NCBI RefSeq assembly: GCF_003704095.1
Contig: NW_020843834.1
Location: forward strand, 868,001 to 932,000
Length of the DNA stretch: 64,000 nucleotides
Reading direction: 5' to 3'
Origin: Pocillopora damicornis
Taxonomy: Eukaryota
Part shown: positions 1 through 14,152 of the stretch, in pieces
How the letters are laid out: each line of letters begins with the position of its first letter
How positions within the stretch are numbered: the first letter of the stretch is position 1
Notes under the pieces: model-generated
Database searches by the model: none
Seen by the model: the letters and a program-made list of their open reading frames with translations, nothing else
What the model was told of the DNA's origin: nothing
Translations under genes and position numbers: made by a program

Positions 1-3000
1 AATCATGCTATTATTTTTGCTTATGTAAGGGTTTCACTATCGTCTTTACAGAAGATCTGTGAACCAAAGTTCATATTATCATTTAAAACGAAAAGCTTTT
101 TGTTTTCTATGAATAGCTCGTCGACTTTGATCTATTCCAAAGAAACCAAAAAATTGGAAGCTTATCAATTTGAATGTTGTAAGATTTATAATACTAAAAC
201 ACCATCAAATGAACGTTGAAAGGAAACGAAACATATCTCTGTGAAGCTTCTAAACTACCAACCTACTAACCTAATGAAACTTCTCTGGCTCGCCAAAAAG
301 TGTATTTCTTCCATCCCATACCTAAAGAAGCCACAATCTCGAGTACCGAGGGACAGCAAAGACTTGTTGTTAACACCAGAGGCTTATTAAGAACATATCT
401 CTGATTAAATACAACTTGAATACTTTGGTTGCAAGCTTACAACGTTTTTTATTTTGTTTGAAAACCTATCACGTTCGAATGACGTCATACTTGCCTTATA
501 AGGCATCGTTACTATCGAGCGCCGAAGGAAATGTGTTATTGATCAAAGAAGGGCTCAGATTTCATATTAAGAGTGGGAAAACAAAGGGTATTATTACCCA
601 TATTCGAAGCAAAAGCAAATGAGGTGTATTTTGTGAAATATGAGTCAAGCTGAAAAGATTGCTACCAGATGTGCAGTTTAGTATTTATAACTCTGTAAGG
701 GGCTGGCAAACGTTTTTACAGGAAATTCCACAGCAGGTTTTACCTAAATTGCTTCAGTTAAAGCCAACCATTTCTTTCTCTTTGTACAAAGCATGAGTTC
801 CAACTGTGTCTGTTCATTATGAAATTCAATTTTTTTTCTCCAAATATGAATTTTTACGCTATGATTGCTTTCCAATTAATTCGTTTAGACAGGAAAGTTT
901 TGCTAATTAGATATTACAGGTAGTTTACAAAACAGTCATTGTGATATCTTGTGACAATTTATGAATCGCGTGTGTCTGCCTCGAGCGAAATAGTGGGGAA
1001 ACAATAAACATGCATAATACTATGGATGTCACGAAGCGTAAATAAATCAAAAGTGCAGTTCAAGTTAGTATGACCTCCATTTCTATTGTAGGCTTCTTCA
1101 GGGTGTTAAGTTTCAAGACAATATTATTTCATGGATAGTGCTGATGTGACCTTCGAAAGCAAGAGGTACTGGTCTATCAGTATCAAATATCGTTGCAAAC
1201 CCTGAGCCGAAGCGGTTTTGTGTTTGTATGTATGTTTCTTTTGTTTTTTTGCATTGCTGCCTCAAAGATTTTTGTCGATGAGAACAGTATCAAGCCTGAA
1301 GTGTAGTTTTGTGAGCGAAGAATGCAAATAATGCACGTGTTTTACTACTGAAATACTGTCAGCTTGCCGGACTAAATCCGATACTTTCTCTGGGATTGTC
1401 AACAAATGGAGCACTTCAGCAAATTTTCAATTCAAATTGTCTCTGAGTCGCTCAAGAGAGGATTTCCGGCTCAGGAAAGAAACGGATATCCACACTTCTC
1501 ACGTAATTTGAAATTTGAATGATAACATTATTGTTTATGCTTGCCAAGTGTTTTATTATAGCTATTGAAAAGATACTTTCTTGTTGTGTGTTTGTGGAAT
1601 CTATGTGAGTGTTTTAAGGGTTGATACATTCATGGACCTCAAGAGGGAATGAAAGACAGAATCTTTTAATTACTCAACGTGTTTTATGGTGTACTTTCGA
1701 GTCACACTTCTCATATTTCTTTGTAACGGAGGGCGGTGTTATCACGAAATTGATATCTTCGAAATTCATTTTTAGTATCCAGAAATCGTGCACTTTTTTT
1801 TCTACACATTTAGGTTCATTTATGTTTTACTCTATATCTTGTTGGATCTGTTTTGGATTGTCCAGTCTAAGAGACACCGATTAATTGATAATTGGGATCA
1901 GTGTTTTTTATCCGCTGGCACCACATAGCGGAAAATAATTACTTGAATTACTTCTGCTCTGACTGGTTTAGGGTTCTCGACCACAAAATCCTCGCAACAA
2001 TTCATAACGAGTTATCCGAAAAACTTTAAAGAAGTATGCATGCGTTTGCTTGCAAACTGACATATATTTAGTAATGATATCTATGTATGTCAACAGACCA
2101 AATTAATGGCACTTCGCAAAAAGGATCCTTGAATGTATCATTGACAGAATAGCTGTCTCGATTAACTCAATTCTCGTAGTAAGAATGATTAATTTTCTCG
2201 TCGTAACTGGATTTGTAATTCATCAAGAAGTCGAAGATCGCTCTTAGCGTTTTGAAGTACAAATACCGCAATCTTTCGTCAGAAGTACACTAAACTACGT
2301 TTTCCAACCACCATTGGAAAACGGCCTCAATATATAATATCCACCGATGTTTGTCTTGAAATAACCTTCGTCTGCCCTCCCGTCTGCTAATCCGGAAACC
2401 TAATCTAACAGGATTACCAGTACATTGTATAAATGCTCATCATCACGTGCTCAAAGCTCTTGTCAACGATGATACATATATTTAGAAAGTTCTGGCAAGC
2501 TAGCTCATGATAGAGGCGTGAACTCAAACCTAAGACCTGCGCAAAATATGTACCCGAAACATCCACGATTATGCATGGAAAAGTTGGTCTGATTAATCTA
2601 AAACGTGACTGGTCTTTATAAAATGCATGTAATCAAAATTATCGAAGCCGTTCTTGCAACACAAATGGTGGATGCTTTGTATAATAACTGGTGTCAGGCT
2701 TGTCTTAAAATATCGTAAAAATGGCAAAAATGCTGTGCACTGAATTAACCTTAGCTAAATTGGCTGTTCTTAGAGAAATTCCTTCCTGTCTTAAAAATCG
2801 TCTAAATCTCTCTTTCTTTAATACGGTAATTCTGCGCACAAAGTTGTTGACGATGTTTGTACCCTAGCTGTAATCGTAGAAAGCGTAAGGGCATCACATG
2901 CAGAGGGTGATATTACATTGGTGTGGGAGAATACACGACACTAAATTGCTACAGCCCATGATAGCGTAAATATGCCTGTACAAGACCTTTGAACTGTAAA

Positions 3001-5509
3001 TCCTTTATTACAGTTTAGAGCTGTATGAGATGAACATGGTTGGAAAAAAGAACTGGAAATTTCTTCAAGAACGAAGTGGCATTCTTAGTGTCTATTCTGT
3101 GTTTCTGCGCAAATGGTTACACCTGTTTCCGGTCAAATTCTTTGGAGAAAAATGCGTCAGTGGATCGAAAAGAATCGGTCACAGGAAAGGTTAACAGCTA
3201 GATGGAGTCGATCTGTTATTTTAAATTTTTTTTTTTTTTTGTCACACTCAACGTTGAAACCCCACACCCATTCGTTTAATTCTACACGAAAGATAAAAAT
3301 ACACCTAGAAGAGAAAACCCATATGTTCTAATTGAATCAATAAATTGTTCTTCTAGAGAATGAATATCTCTTGTCGGCGTTTTATTATACAAGAACCAAA
3401 TGAAAATACTATCCGCTTGTTACGGAGCAAACGGTAAATGGATTATATCAGCAGCGAGGCGAATCGTCCCGGCGGGAAGGTAAACTCATTACCCCATCTC
3501 CATCATGGAAAACAAATTCAGTGCATTTCTGAAATATGATTAAATTTGGCCGGCTAAATGAAAACGCCATGCGCTTGCTATGCACGCAGCAAGCTCCAAG
3601 TGAGTATCGTAATAAGCGAAACGATGTAATTCTGTTGACAGGACGACACCTAAAACAAACTAAATGTACATATTTCCAGAGCGTTACTTAAGCCAGCGCG
3701 TTGTTACGCAAGGTGCAAATGAAACCGTTAAGCGCTTGCTGTGCAGGTAGTTTAAAGCAAGAAGTTGTTTACGAAATGAAATATTACAGTCGGCAAAACA
3801 TCACGCCAAATCACATAATTAAACACGAAAAATAAGCAAAATTCTAATTAGGAGGAATTATTAGCATAGCTCAAAAGCATGCTCCAGGTATCCCCTTTAA
3901 AATAGAGCTCTGTTTAAAGATAACGAAAGTTGTACTATCTAAATGATACTCAATAATAGTTTATCTTAGACGTCATTGGAAAATGATTGAAAAATCACGA
4001 TTGATTTGATCAACAAGCAGATTTTCCTCCTGCGACAGATTAAGAAATTGATAAGCTTCCAAATGTCATACTTAGCCAATAATTGCTCTTTTCTTGAGCA
4101 TAGATTGTTTTACCGATTGTGGTCTGCTGCTATCAAATCAGTTTCGTTAAGAAAACCCATACACAATACCTGCAATGTCTTTACTCCTGCTCAATAATTT
4201 GTCATGTCCTTATAATCTCCCCTCTAGCTCTGCTCTCGATCATCTGTTGTTACAAATTGTAATGTAGACTTTAATGAAATGCGGCTTGGCTGAAATTGGT
4301 GGATAACATGCACGTGCCTGTCACGAAGGTCTTGGTCTTCACCTTAGGAGGTTCACGTAGGCTTCTTAAACAGGTGGTGATTACGTAAGAAATAGCTTAC
4401 AGGAGGTACCCCCCTGCCCCACAGCCACCAGGTAAGCTCTTCTTAGGGGGAAGGGTCCATGATGATTCCAAAAAGGAAAAAGGAAATAGTACTTCGTGCG
4501 TATTTCCTTTCCACCAGAGCGGTGCGTTTTCATTTTATGTTCAAAACATATCCAGTGGAAAGGTTTCGGTAAAACCGACTGCAATTTTGTGGAGAATTCA
4601 ACTTATAGTAAGTCTTAAGTTATGACTTTACAAGCTCATAAAAACCCATAAATTACTCGAAAACTCCCCCTTGCGAGAATGACTTTTTAATCTAAAATCC
4701 AGAAGGAAATTCGGCAATCTTGAATTCGAGTTTTGATAATGATGTTATTACAAGGAAAACCTTTCCGATCCTGGCAGACTGAAAATTGGATGAAGTTGAT
4801 TTTGTCAGCTACGAAGGGATTGGGCTGAAAAATGCTTAAAAGTCTTAAATACGATAGAATAATTAACTTATCCTGCATTGTTGAACTGCCAAGGGGAAAC
4901 GGTTCCAAAACAGTAGGCGATAACAAGGTGTTTGAGTTATGGCGGGTTTTAGTTCCTGTATATAGTTCTTAGCTCTTTCTAGTTTAGTTCAGTTACAGTT
5001 TAAGCGAGCGGGATTCGATTCCTACGACACTTGGAGCTCAAATAACTTGAGGCACTGACGATCTTGCGTTTTAAAAACATATAAAGTCTGTCGTTTGGAC
5101 AAAAACTTTTTTATTCAGTTGTAACAGGTTAAAGGAAGAATCCTTCGCTTTAAATGTTGAGGGAGAGACTTCATCAATTACACCAAATATTTGCTTGAAT
5201 TTAAGCCGGAAGGCTTTCGAATGTTATCCCTGAGACGTTTGACGCGGAAAACTTTCGAGTTCAAATGTACTGAAACAGATCTTTGGTATTGGTGAAATAT
5301 GGTTCAATTTTGCTTTCAGAGCAGGCACAATTTTGGCGAGTGATTGCAAAGTGTTCTCTTGGTGAAAGTTATAGCTACCATCTTTGATTTTTACGGCAGC
5401 TGCATTGCAGGCTAACTTCAATTCTATTAGCATCACATTTTACATTTATCTTTCAGTTACCCATGGCAGATAACAGCTACCACTAAGACTAGAATTTAAA
5501 AAGTATGGA

Positions 5510-5850
5510 AGTATGGAAGCGATCTTCGCAGTAATGAACACTTCTCATGGAGTAGTGAAAGTGAGGCCTGGAAAAAATTCAGGCCTGTACGGATTTGAAC
5601 CTATGACCTCTACGATACCGGTGAAGTGCTCTACCAACTGAGCTAACTAGCCAACTGGGCGCCGGTCATTATGTAGGCTCTAAATATACCCGTGAAGTGA
5701 TGAATAACTGATTGTGATTATATGAAAATTATATGTGTGAACTGCGGATAAAGACGTGAATATGAAAGCGATCTTCGCAGTAATAAACACTACTTGAGCA
5801 GTAGTGAAAATAAGGCCCGAAAAAAAACATTAAGACCTGTACTAGAATTT
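5510..5850 (-). mobile_element. tRNA-derived SINE-like repeat with internal direct repeat
   Basis: Minus strand 5652-5581 reads TGGCTAGTTAGCTCAGTTGGTAGAGCAC...GGTTCAAATCCGTACAGGCCT (Pol III A box and B box) without a clean cloverleaf. GAAGCGATCTTCGCAGTAAT...GTGAAA..AGGCC is repeated at ~5516 and ~5765. Related fragments lie at ~12590-12640 and ~20490-20560. Confidence 0.7.
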
Positions 5851-8800
5851 AAACTGAATTTTATGTAAAAGGTCGTCATCGATGTAAGCTAGAAATGTGC
5901 CTCTTTGTTATGGGTCTCCGCTAACCTTTTTATTGTTTTTTTCAATGATTGTTCTTCAGAATGGAGTAACAATTTTCATCCGCCAACTTCAACAGTATGA
6001 TCAAAGTGTTGACACACCGTTGTTTCTCAGATGAAGGTAATCGATATCGTTGTTTTGGTAATTATCAATTGTAACGACGTATTTCAATCAACTGTCTAGA
6101 CTCCTCATCAATAAAAGCATTTTGTAACTTGTGACATTACTGCAACGTTTTTTAAATTTTAGCACGTCTCAAGTAATTCCATTGCCTTCCTTTGGCTTGA
6201 TTTTAGTCTGGAAGGGAAGGGACCCCTTCCCCTTAATATGGTACGTTGTTAATGGTCTTACAAGTTTTGAATGTTTTAGAGTGATCGCTGGAAGCTTTAG
6301 ACTGGGCTGATATTCCTTCGAAATACTGATTAAAAAGGTGTGTGGCCTTAAACAGGGCTGGAAAACAAAACGAGGTTTGAAGGTTTCAAGCGACATTGAT
6401 CCTTTTATTCCTCGGGGCACTTGGCACGAGAAGTTGGAAAATGTTTAGTGGTAAACAATGCATGTGATCCAGAGGCTTCCTTGGGTTCAAAAACAGGTCA
6501 TAACGTTATTTCCAGCCAGGGATAAGAGTGTCAGATCTCTCTGAAAGGAACAGTGCCTACTGCGTCTCGACTAGAATTGTTATTTTTACATAGTTCCAAT
6601 ATTTATAAAGTCAACAGAAGTGTGTGTTTTTCTATGAAACTCTTGGAGTAGAGGAGAGAATATGATAATTCAGTAGGAGGTATCAAAACACCAGGAAAAG
6701 GAAATTGTCTCTTTCACATGAATCAATGCCCGGCCCGGCTGTGAAACAGTGGGCTTGTGATTCAATCATTGGACTCACAGATGCAACACAACCATGGCGA
6801 GCAAACCAAAGCCACCAACGGACTCAGCAGTAGCCACGACCTTTATCCCGTAAACATTAAACCTCCAATAATGATACTTTTTTTAGATCCCATGATATTT
6901 GGGTGTTGGCATTGATGGGATATGGCAATCGACTACACGATTGTACAGAATTTTCTATCTTTGCCTTGTTAAGAAAATACAATGAAATGGATTTCAGAGA
7001 ACTGCCCCGGCTAATAACAGAACGTATTTCTTAACGAGTATTTCAGAATTACTGTGCAGTTTCTGTTTAATTAATGCTTAGGGTGTGTTTTCGGGAATGC
7101 ATTTGGCTTAAAAATTATCTTTCCACGTCTAACATTTAGTAAGAGTGCGTGTAAATTTTGTCTCGAATCTCTCCAATTACGTGGACTGATTAACTCTTCG
7201 CAACTCTTCAAATCAGTAACATGAAAAACTAAGTAGGGTTTGCCCACATTCACTTAAGAGTTTAACCAATCAGGTATTGTCAAATTTATGGTTTCAAGTC
7301 AACAGAAGAAGGGCTAATTCCCTCCGAATCTTTAACGTGTGAAAACGTTTGAGAAATGTCTTGAAAGGACATTTGGTTGTTTCTCAGGCTGCGTATGAAA
7401 ATAAATTGACATCTGATCTACTGAGAAAGTGACCCAGACAGGTTCTGGAATTGTATATTCCGAATACGTGGAGAACGTTCGCTGATCATAGCGGTTGATT
7501 TGATCTACCGGCCACTAAAAATTAAAAAAGGGAAACACAAATTTAGGAAATCTTTTTTTCCACGCTCATCAAGAATTAGATATAAAAAGGCAATCCTATA
7601 ATACGGCTTTTCATTTCCCCACGTGATTTTAAATCGTCTCCATCTGCATGCTGCACCCATGGATCTTTCAACAAGGATTAGCCTTGCATTGCCGGGAGGT
7701 TTTGTCAAGGGAAAGGAAAAACCCCATGACAGGTAGATTTGTAACCGTTCCCTACATCATCTTATACATTTAAAAAGAATGTGGACTAAGGAAGGAAACG
7801 AAACCCCCAACAGTTTCCTTTTGTGTGATATACAATTGCTGAGAATATTGGTAGTTTTCTGCCCAACACTTGTACTGCTGACTCATGCAGCTAATTTATT
7901 CATCAGCCATTGCTTGTCAAGCAATGGTTATAATAGAGTTGATCTGAATAAGGGGTATGTTATGTGTGTTATAGTTGACACAAACTCTTAGATTTTCAAA
8001 CTCCGTGTCATTTTTGTTTTATAACAACCAAGGATGGCCTCAGAATCGCCGCACACGCGTCTTCAAGCAACAAACCGTGTTCGTTTCTTTAAAGTTGTGT
8101 TTGATTACCTAAAAGATGTGACTGGCAAAGAATACAAAGGTAATGAGATTAAAGGACGCAATCGGCCGCAGAAGCTTTATCTAATTGACACCAAATTCTT
8201 TCATTTTTCTTTTTCATGTGAGTCGTTTAGAATGAGAATGATCAGTTTTCAATCAGATCCTTTTAGGAGTCCAACGTCTTTAGGTCTGGTTATAGCATAG
8301 TACGATCTATAGGTAACAAAAAGGGTATGTTTCACTCCTAAGATCTTATTAGTAACTCTCCTTACTGTCTGCCTTACGGTTCTTGTTATGTTAGTTCGGA
8401 GAATTTGGCTTTGCCTCAACCAATGATCAACTAATTGATAATTTTCTTTATTTTCATCACTTGTATACTTGATGTTGGGACGATAATGCATGGAGAACTT
8501 GTCTTAGTCACTCAGTTAACACATTTTTATTCATGAACAGATATCACACGGATTTCTTCATGCCTATAAATGTAACGTGTTTGGTGCTAATCCCAGGTAA
8601 TCAGTAAAATGCCTTTAAATACCGTTTAATGTAAACGAGTAATCAACTTAAAAAATGGTTAACGATACTGAGGTTTCAGTTTTTTGTTTTTCGTTTTTTT
8701 CTGGTTACACTTATTTTGTTGACAGTGGTACTCAAAGTAACAGATTCGCCCCACCTCTCTGGCATGGCCAGTTACAATTGATTGTATTTTTCCACGTTAC

Positions 8801-8909
8801 CTTATTTTACTAACAGACGTGTCTGAAGTAATATGTTCGTTCAGTCGGTGGAGTCAGTCATGTTAAGAATCAGTTACATCATATTGAAGTAACACTGCTA
8901 ACTTTTCAG

Positions 8910-11900
8910 CTAGTTGTTTGCCATGTCCATAATTCTCTCCAATCTAATGTTATTGACCTTTTTCTCTCGAGTCATCTCCTCCTGACACTGTTCCAACTTC
9001 TTTTGTAGCTCCTGAGCACTTGAGTCGGTTAAATTCAGGCATGAGTAGATCTCCCTCTTCTCTTGAAGAGATTTGAGTTTCTCATGGGGTACATCGCAGA
9101 GTTTTTCTTGGATCGTGACTGCCTTGTCCAGTTGTTCCATGGCTTTCGCATAATCTCCCTGAAAAAGAGGTAGAAAAGAAGTCTCAGACTCAAACATATG
9201 ATGAAACTTCGCACAGGATCAGGTGAAATGTATCAGAGTGCGTTTTCAGGGTGCGTCTTGCTGTCGAAGAAACAGTGGTGAGAATTGATCAGTTTCTTTC
9301 CTCCTGTTTGCAACCCATGAGTGACCAAGATAGTACTTCTCATGACAATATTAATGCTATATCAAGCAGGAAAGTGATGAGAATAAAGAGAAACTATCGA
9401 TGCCAAATTCTTCGAACCAACATTAAGAAAAACTGTATGGCAGACAGTAAGGATAATTGCTAATGAGATCAGTCTTAAGAGTGAAAGGGTCGTTTGAAAT
9501 ACATATCTTATCTCGGCCTCCAAAAGAAGAGAAAAAAAGGTGCGAAGTAGCAGAGCCAGGGTCAAGGTCTCAATTTTGAATACCACGGATGTGATTGCAG
9601 TAAACCAGAGTCTTTTAACTGCAGTATATACAACGCACACCTACAATAATGTTTAACTCACCTTCCTCTTGTAAGTAAGACCCAAGTCGTGATACGTTCG
9701 GGCAGTCTCTTGGTGGTCAAAGCCAAGAAATATCTTCCTGATACTGAGCGCCTTGGTGAAATATTCGACGGCCTTATCGAAGTTCTCTAGTGCAAGGCAA
9801 TCGTTGCCTAGATAGTTGTAGAGCGTTCCGGTAAATGGATGATCCCCTAGTTCTTCAACATAAGCACTAAGGGCTTGTTCCCTGAGAGCTAGGGCTTCAA
9901 GGTGGTTGTTTAAGCAGCTTTGAACAACTATTGGAGGTAAAAGAGAGAGGAAAAAAATTATATGTCGTGGGTTATTCTGGCCTTTGCCAAGCAAAAACTT
10001 GATGTGCTAATGGATCAAAATTATAATTTCAATAAAAATAATGTTAATAATAACAATTATGAATACTCCACTTTTCTGAGGTAAACCAGATTAACACTAA
10101 ATAATATTCACCTAGGCCCTAAAATGCAATCAAATTGTAAATAGACATTGAAAATAAACTTCGTATTTAAAAAATCCAACTGGTGGGAGGCATGCAGCTA
10201 TCTTCCTAGCTACAGTGCCTTCGAAATTTTGAATAACTGTCAATAAATGTTAGCTATAAAGCCCTCTTTGGCCAGAACTATGGCCAGGACTTTGGCCAGG
10301 AAGATAACTGATTTTTGAAAACCTTTTCCCTATGAGAAGAGATGAGAACGAAATAACCCTTCTACTGCTGCTCACCGAATGGTTGAACAAAGTTTTGCTC
10401 CTTTCTTAGCTTAACATATCCTGGTGTAGCTCGGTAATAAATCTCAGCCAAATACTTGACTTGCCTCTGGATTGGCAACATATTTTTTAATTGGTTCTTT
10501 AAGTTTCCATCTACATTCTTGACGAAAAACAATGTTTTTCAATCGGCAACACTGTTAAGCCTACTCTACCTGCCAGGTCGTTGCAACAAGCTGCATACTT
10601 CAATGGCTCATCCGGTCTCCTCTGTTCTCTAATTGCGAGAGCTTTTGCGCTCAGTTCGAGAGCTCTGGAAGGATTTCCATTCTTGGCCATGCAGCGTCCG
10701 ATCTTGCTGTAACACTGTGCAACAAGCTCTCCCTCTGTCAGGTTAAGCTTTTCGTAGATTTCTAGCGCTCTTGTCAAGACTCTGTAGGCTCTCTCTGTTA
10801 CAACACTGCAAGACCGATGACATTCACAACTGTAGATGTGTTTTATACCAACACACGTCAGGCAATCAGCCACAAGTCGTAAGTCTCCTTTGGTCGCGCT
10901 TAAAACGACTTCGTAGATTTCTTCAAATTGAGCATTCTTCATTACTTTGGCCAGGAAGATGACTGCTTCGTTTAGGATCTTTGCACAACGAGCAGGGGGT
11001 GTAGTTCCCTCCCTCGCTGCCGCCCAACAAATTGCTTGAACAATGTTTTGCTCCTCTGCCCAGAAACGACAGAGCGATTTCTCTAAGTTACCTTTGCACA
11101 AGAATTCCTGGTGTAACTCGGTAATTAAGTTTAGGTAGTACTCAATAAATCTTGCTTGCGCCCGACTGTAATACGCGCGCAATCGATCGTCTGTCTTGGC
11201 CTTTTCTTTGCAGCACAGTTGAATCACTTGATGGACGAAGAAGTGGTTAGAATGTAACTCTCTGTGGACAAGAGACCTCTTCACCAATTGAAACAGAGCG
11301 GTAGGAAGCCTTTTTTTTGAACAGCATACTCTCTGTGCTTGTTGGTAGCTGAATGCAGCCGGGAATACTGCCAAGGAATACAAGTCTTCCTCGAAATCGG
11401 TGCCAAGCTGTTGTAAGCATTCAGTGAGAAAGCCCCTCATTTGCAGCTCTGGGAACAGTTCCCCCATGCTTGAAATTTCTATGGCTCCAAAATGACTTTG
11501 CAAACTTTGAATCAGTGTCTCTGGGGGAATGACTTCCATGTAGGCAGCGGCTGCGTGCAAGATTAGGGGAATGTTAAAGCAGAGTTGTGCTATAGTCTTA
11601 GCCTGCTGGTTTTCAAGAAAACGGCCAATGTCTTTAACCTTCTCTTCAAGCAATTTCGCTGCGGCATCGTTTTCGATGACGAGTAGTTTTACCGAGTGGC
11701 GCGGGGTTTGACAAGAAGCAGGACAATCCACTCTTGAGGTAATGACACATTTCACGTGAACTGCAAACTGAGCGACTTGGTTCACAAAACTATAAAACTC
11801 CTTCTTTGAGTTTTCGTCACAAATGAGGTCTTCAGCGTTGTCAAGAATAAGAGTTGTCCTTGTGCTGAGAGATTTTAAGTACGACAGTGCCAGCTCACGC

Positions 11901-12219
11901 GGATTATTCATCAGTCCTTGACCAACATTTGCTTTTAAAGCGCATAGAATCTTGGCGGACATTTTACCGACAGATCGGATGTCTCGTAAGCATAGGAAGA
12001 TAACTTGGAAACCATTCTCCTTCATTGTATGACCGATTCTTTGCGCCAAACAGGATTTACCATAACCTGGTAAACCGGTTATGACTACCAGTCGCTTGCC
12101 GTTCCATTCACTGAGAACTCTGACAATTTCCTTCAGCATTTCTTCTCTTCCGTAGAAATGAGATGGCTTGCACGGAAGAGCTCCCACGAAAAGATTTGCA
12201 TCATCCGGGGATCCTTGTT
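8910..12219 (-). CDS. STAND/NB-ARC P-loop NTPase with C-terminal TPR repeats (NLR-like), 5' end unresolved
   Basis: Phase-consistent exons 12219-10570, 9927-9662 and 9158-8910 (GT-AG). Walker A GLPGYGKS, Walker B TTLILDNAED, sensor-1 CVITSR, GxP-like LCFNIPLIL, winged-helix FFVHQVIQ. TPR helices, e.g. AQCYSKIGRCM...ALELSAKALAIR and HPFTGTLYNYLG...AVEYFTKALSIR...HQETARTYHDLG. The acceptor at 12219 implies upstream exon(s), possibly in the 13866-13965 gap. Confidence 0.88.
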
Positions 12220-12247
12220 CTGAAAGTGAAAGCCGTATTAAAAATAT

Positions 12248-12570
12248 AATCAAAACTATTACAAAATTCCTGAACGCGACTGGTCATCACCTGCCTGATT
12301 TGAGCACTGATAGGACAGTGTACGTGTCATGCTTCTAATTGGACAGTGTGATAGGACAGTTAATACGTCATGCCTGTGTAAGTGGACAGAATGCGTCATG
12401 TGCGCGCGTTGTTGTCTCGCATTCGCCGATTTAACTGTTGTTGTTTTTTTTTTTTATGAAAACGTACAACCGATATTTAATTTCTTTCTCAAATTGTGTC
12501 ATAGTTTTGATTAATTGGTAGCAGCACTTCGTGTCGTCCAATTCTGGCTGTAATCATACTCATGATCAAA
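12248..12570 (+). repeat. dispersed repeat, inverted copy at ~63125-63447
   Basis: TAATCAAAACTATTACAAAATTCCTGAACGCGACTGG...GATTTGAGCACTGATAGGACAGTG...TCCAATTCTG matches the reverse complement of 63125-63447. Confidence 0.7.
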
Positions 12571-12689
12571 AAATCGGGTTTTTAAATAACAAGCCAACCG
12601 GGAGCTGGTCATTATGTTGGTTCCAAATCAACCCTCCAAGTGGTGAATCGTATCGTCTTTTGCTGTCTTCTGTAGTGTCATGGCAAGAG

Positions 12690-13150
12690 CTGGAAACATA
12701 ACGTGCTAGTGGTTACAAGCCTGAGATCACTAAACGAGAGAATTCAAATGTATGTCGAGTGCAAATGTCGAACTAATAAGATACTCCTAGAAAAAAAAAA
12801 AAGTAGGAAGCACCGGGTCAAGCTCGGAATTCTATTGTTACTTACCATCACCCACTCACGCACTCATCTACCCCCGTAACATAGTGGCTTCGCCTTCTAT
12901 TGTATAGGAGGCAGTAGCCACAATAAGAACAGGGATTATAGCATAATGGGCTAGTGGCTATAACCCAGTAATCACAAAAGGAGACTGAGAACTGTGTATC
13001 GAGTGCGAATGTCGAACGACTGAGATGTAATGAAACACCTAGAAACATCGAGTCAAAATTGGGTAAAGATCGGAATTCGATTGTTACCATCACTCACCCA
13101 TTTCGACGACATATGTGGCTTCGCCTCCTAGAGGAGGCAGTAGCCACAAA
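12690..13150. repeat. diverged tandem duplication (~245 bp period), each unit ending in a GC-rich hairpin
   Basis: CATAA..GCTAGTGG.TA at ~12697 and ~12942; GTGGCTTCGCCT...AGGAGGCAGTAGCCAC at 12884-12921 and 13115-13147. Confidence 0.65.
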
Positions 13151-14152
13151 AAAATTTGAATTTGACGCTATTAAATATTCAAATATTCAACTGCATTAAA
13201 TAGGGTACAAATATCCTGCCATATTATAAGGATTTGGACAGTTGGTTATCTTGTACTGTAAGAAAATATGTTTGAAAACTTGGCTACGCTTGCGTGAGTT
13301 ACTTCAAATGAGTGTATAAAGCAGCCAGGATAATAATAATAATAGTAATAATAAATACGCCGTTTTGGTGTGTGTTACCGCTGAGTATTTTAATTAGTTG
13401 TTTATAATTTGACTTGTCTTGCAATATTTATTGCACTTCTATGGCGGTTCTATTTCAATTTGAAAGAGTATATTACGCACATTTTTACAAAAAGATTAAC
13501 TAAACAATATATCAGGATAGCCTGTAATTGAGTTCTTACGAACTTTTAACGCCTGATTTCCGAGTAGATATCCTTTACATAAGAACTATGGAAGTGATAA
13601 ATCACTCAGTTATCACTGACAGTTATCTTTGTGGGATGTCAAACAAATTCTTGGTTCGCTTAGGAATGCATCTTGATGAAACTTTGCGGTTAAAAACTTC
13701 CCATTCATTATCAGAACTGGAGCTGATCATACTATAAAGAATTATTTAAATTGAGTAGAAAAAAGACTTAGTACATTTTATTTTATGGATAGTTCTCCAG
13801 TATCAATCAGGCTGAATAATCTAAACGATCGGATATCATTTGTAAAGTTTGTGAAATTTTCCGCTNNNNNNNNNNNNNNNNNNNNNNNNNNNNNNNNNNN
13901 NNNNNNNNNNNNNNNNNNNNNNNNNNNNNNNNNNNNNNNNNNNNNNNNNNNNNNNNNNNNNNNNNACCGGAAGTAGAGTTTTCACTGCATGAGTCTCCGC
14001 ATGCGACTTTTGTTTCAGTTGACATTTGACTAACACATTTAGCATTGTGGAATCGCGTCACGTATCCGATTTATTAACAAAAAAAATCAAAATTTACGGA
14101 ACAGAACTTCAAACTCAGTCGTTTTCGAAGATTATATAGAAAGAAGGCCGAG

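Noticed and set aside
5581-5652. tRNA gene
   Set aside because: A and B boxes are present but there is no proper acceptor/anticodon stem, and it is embedded in a dispersed repeat; treated as a SINE head.
1-8900. Short ORFs and exon-like pieces (e.g. 4361-4431, 5224-5436, 8034-8139)
   Set aside because: No recognisable motifs and no consistent splice chain; cannot be supported without transcript data.
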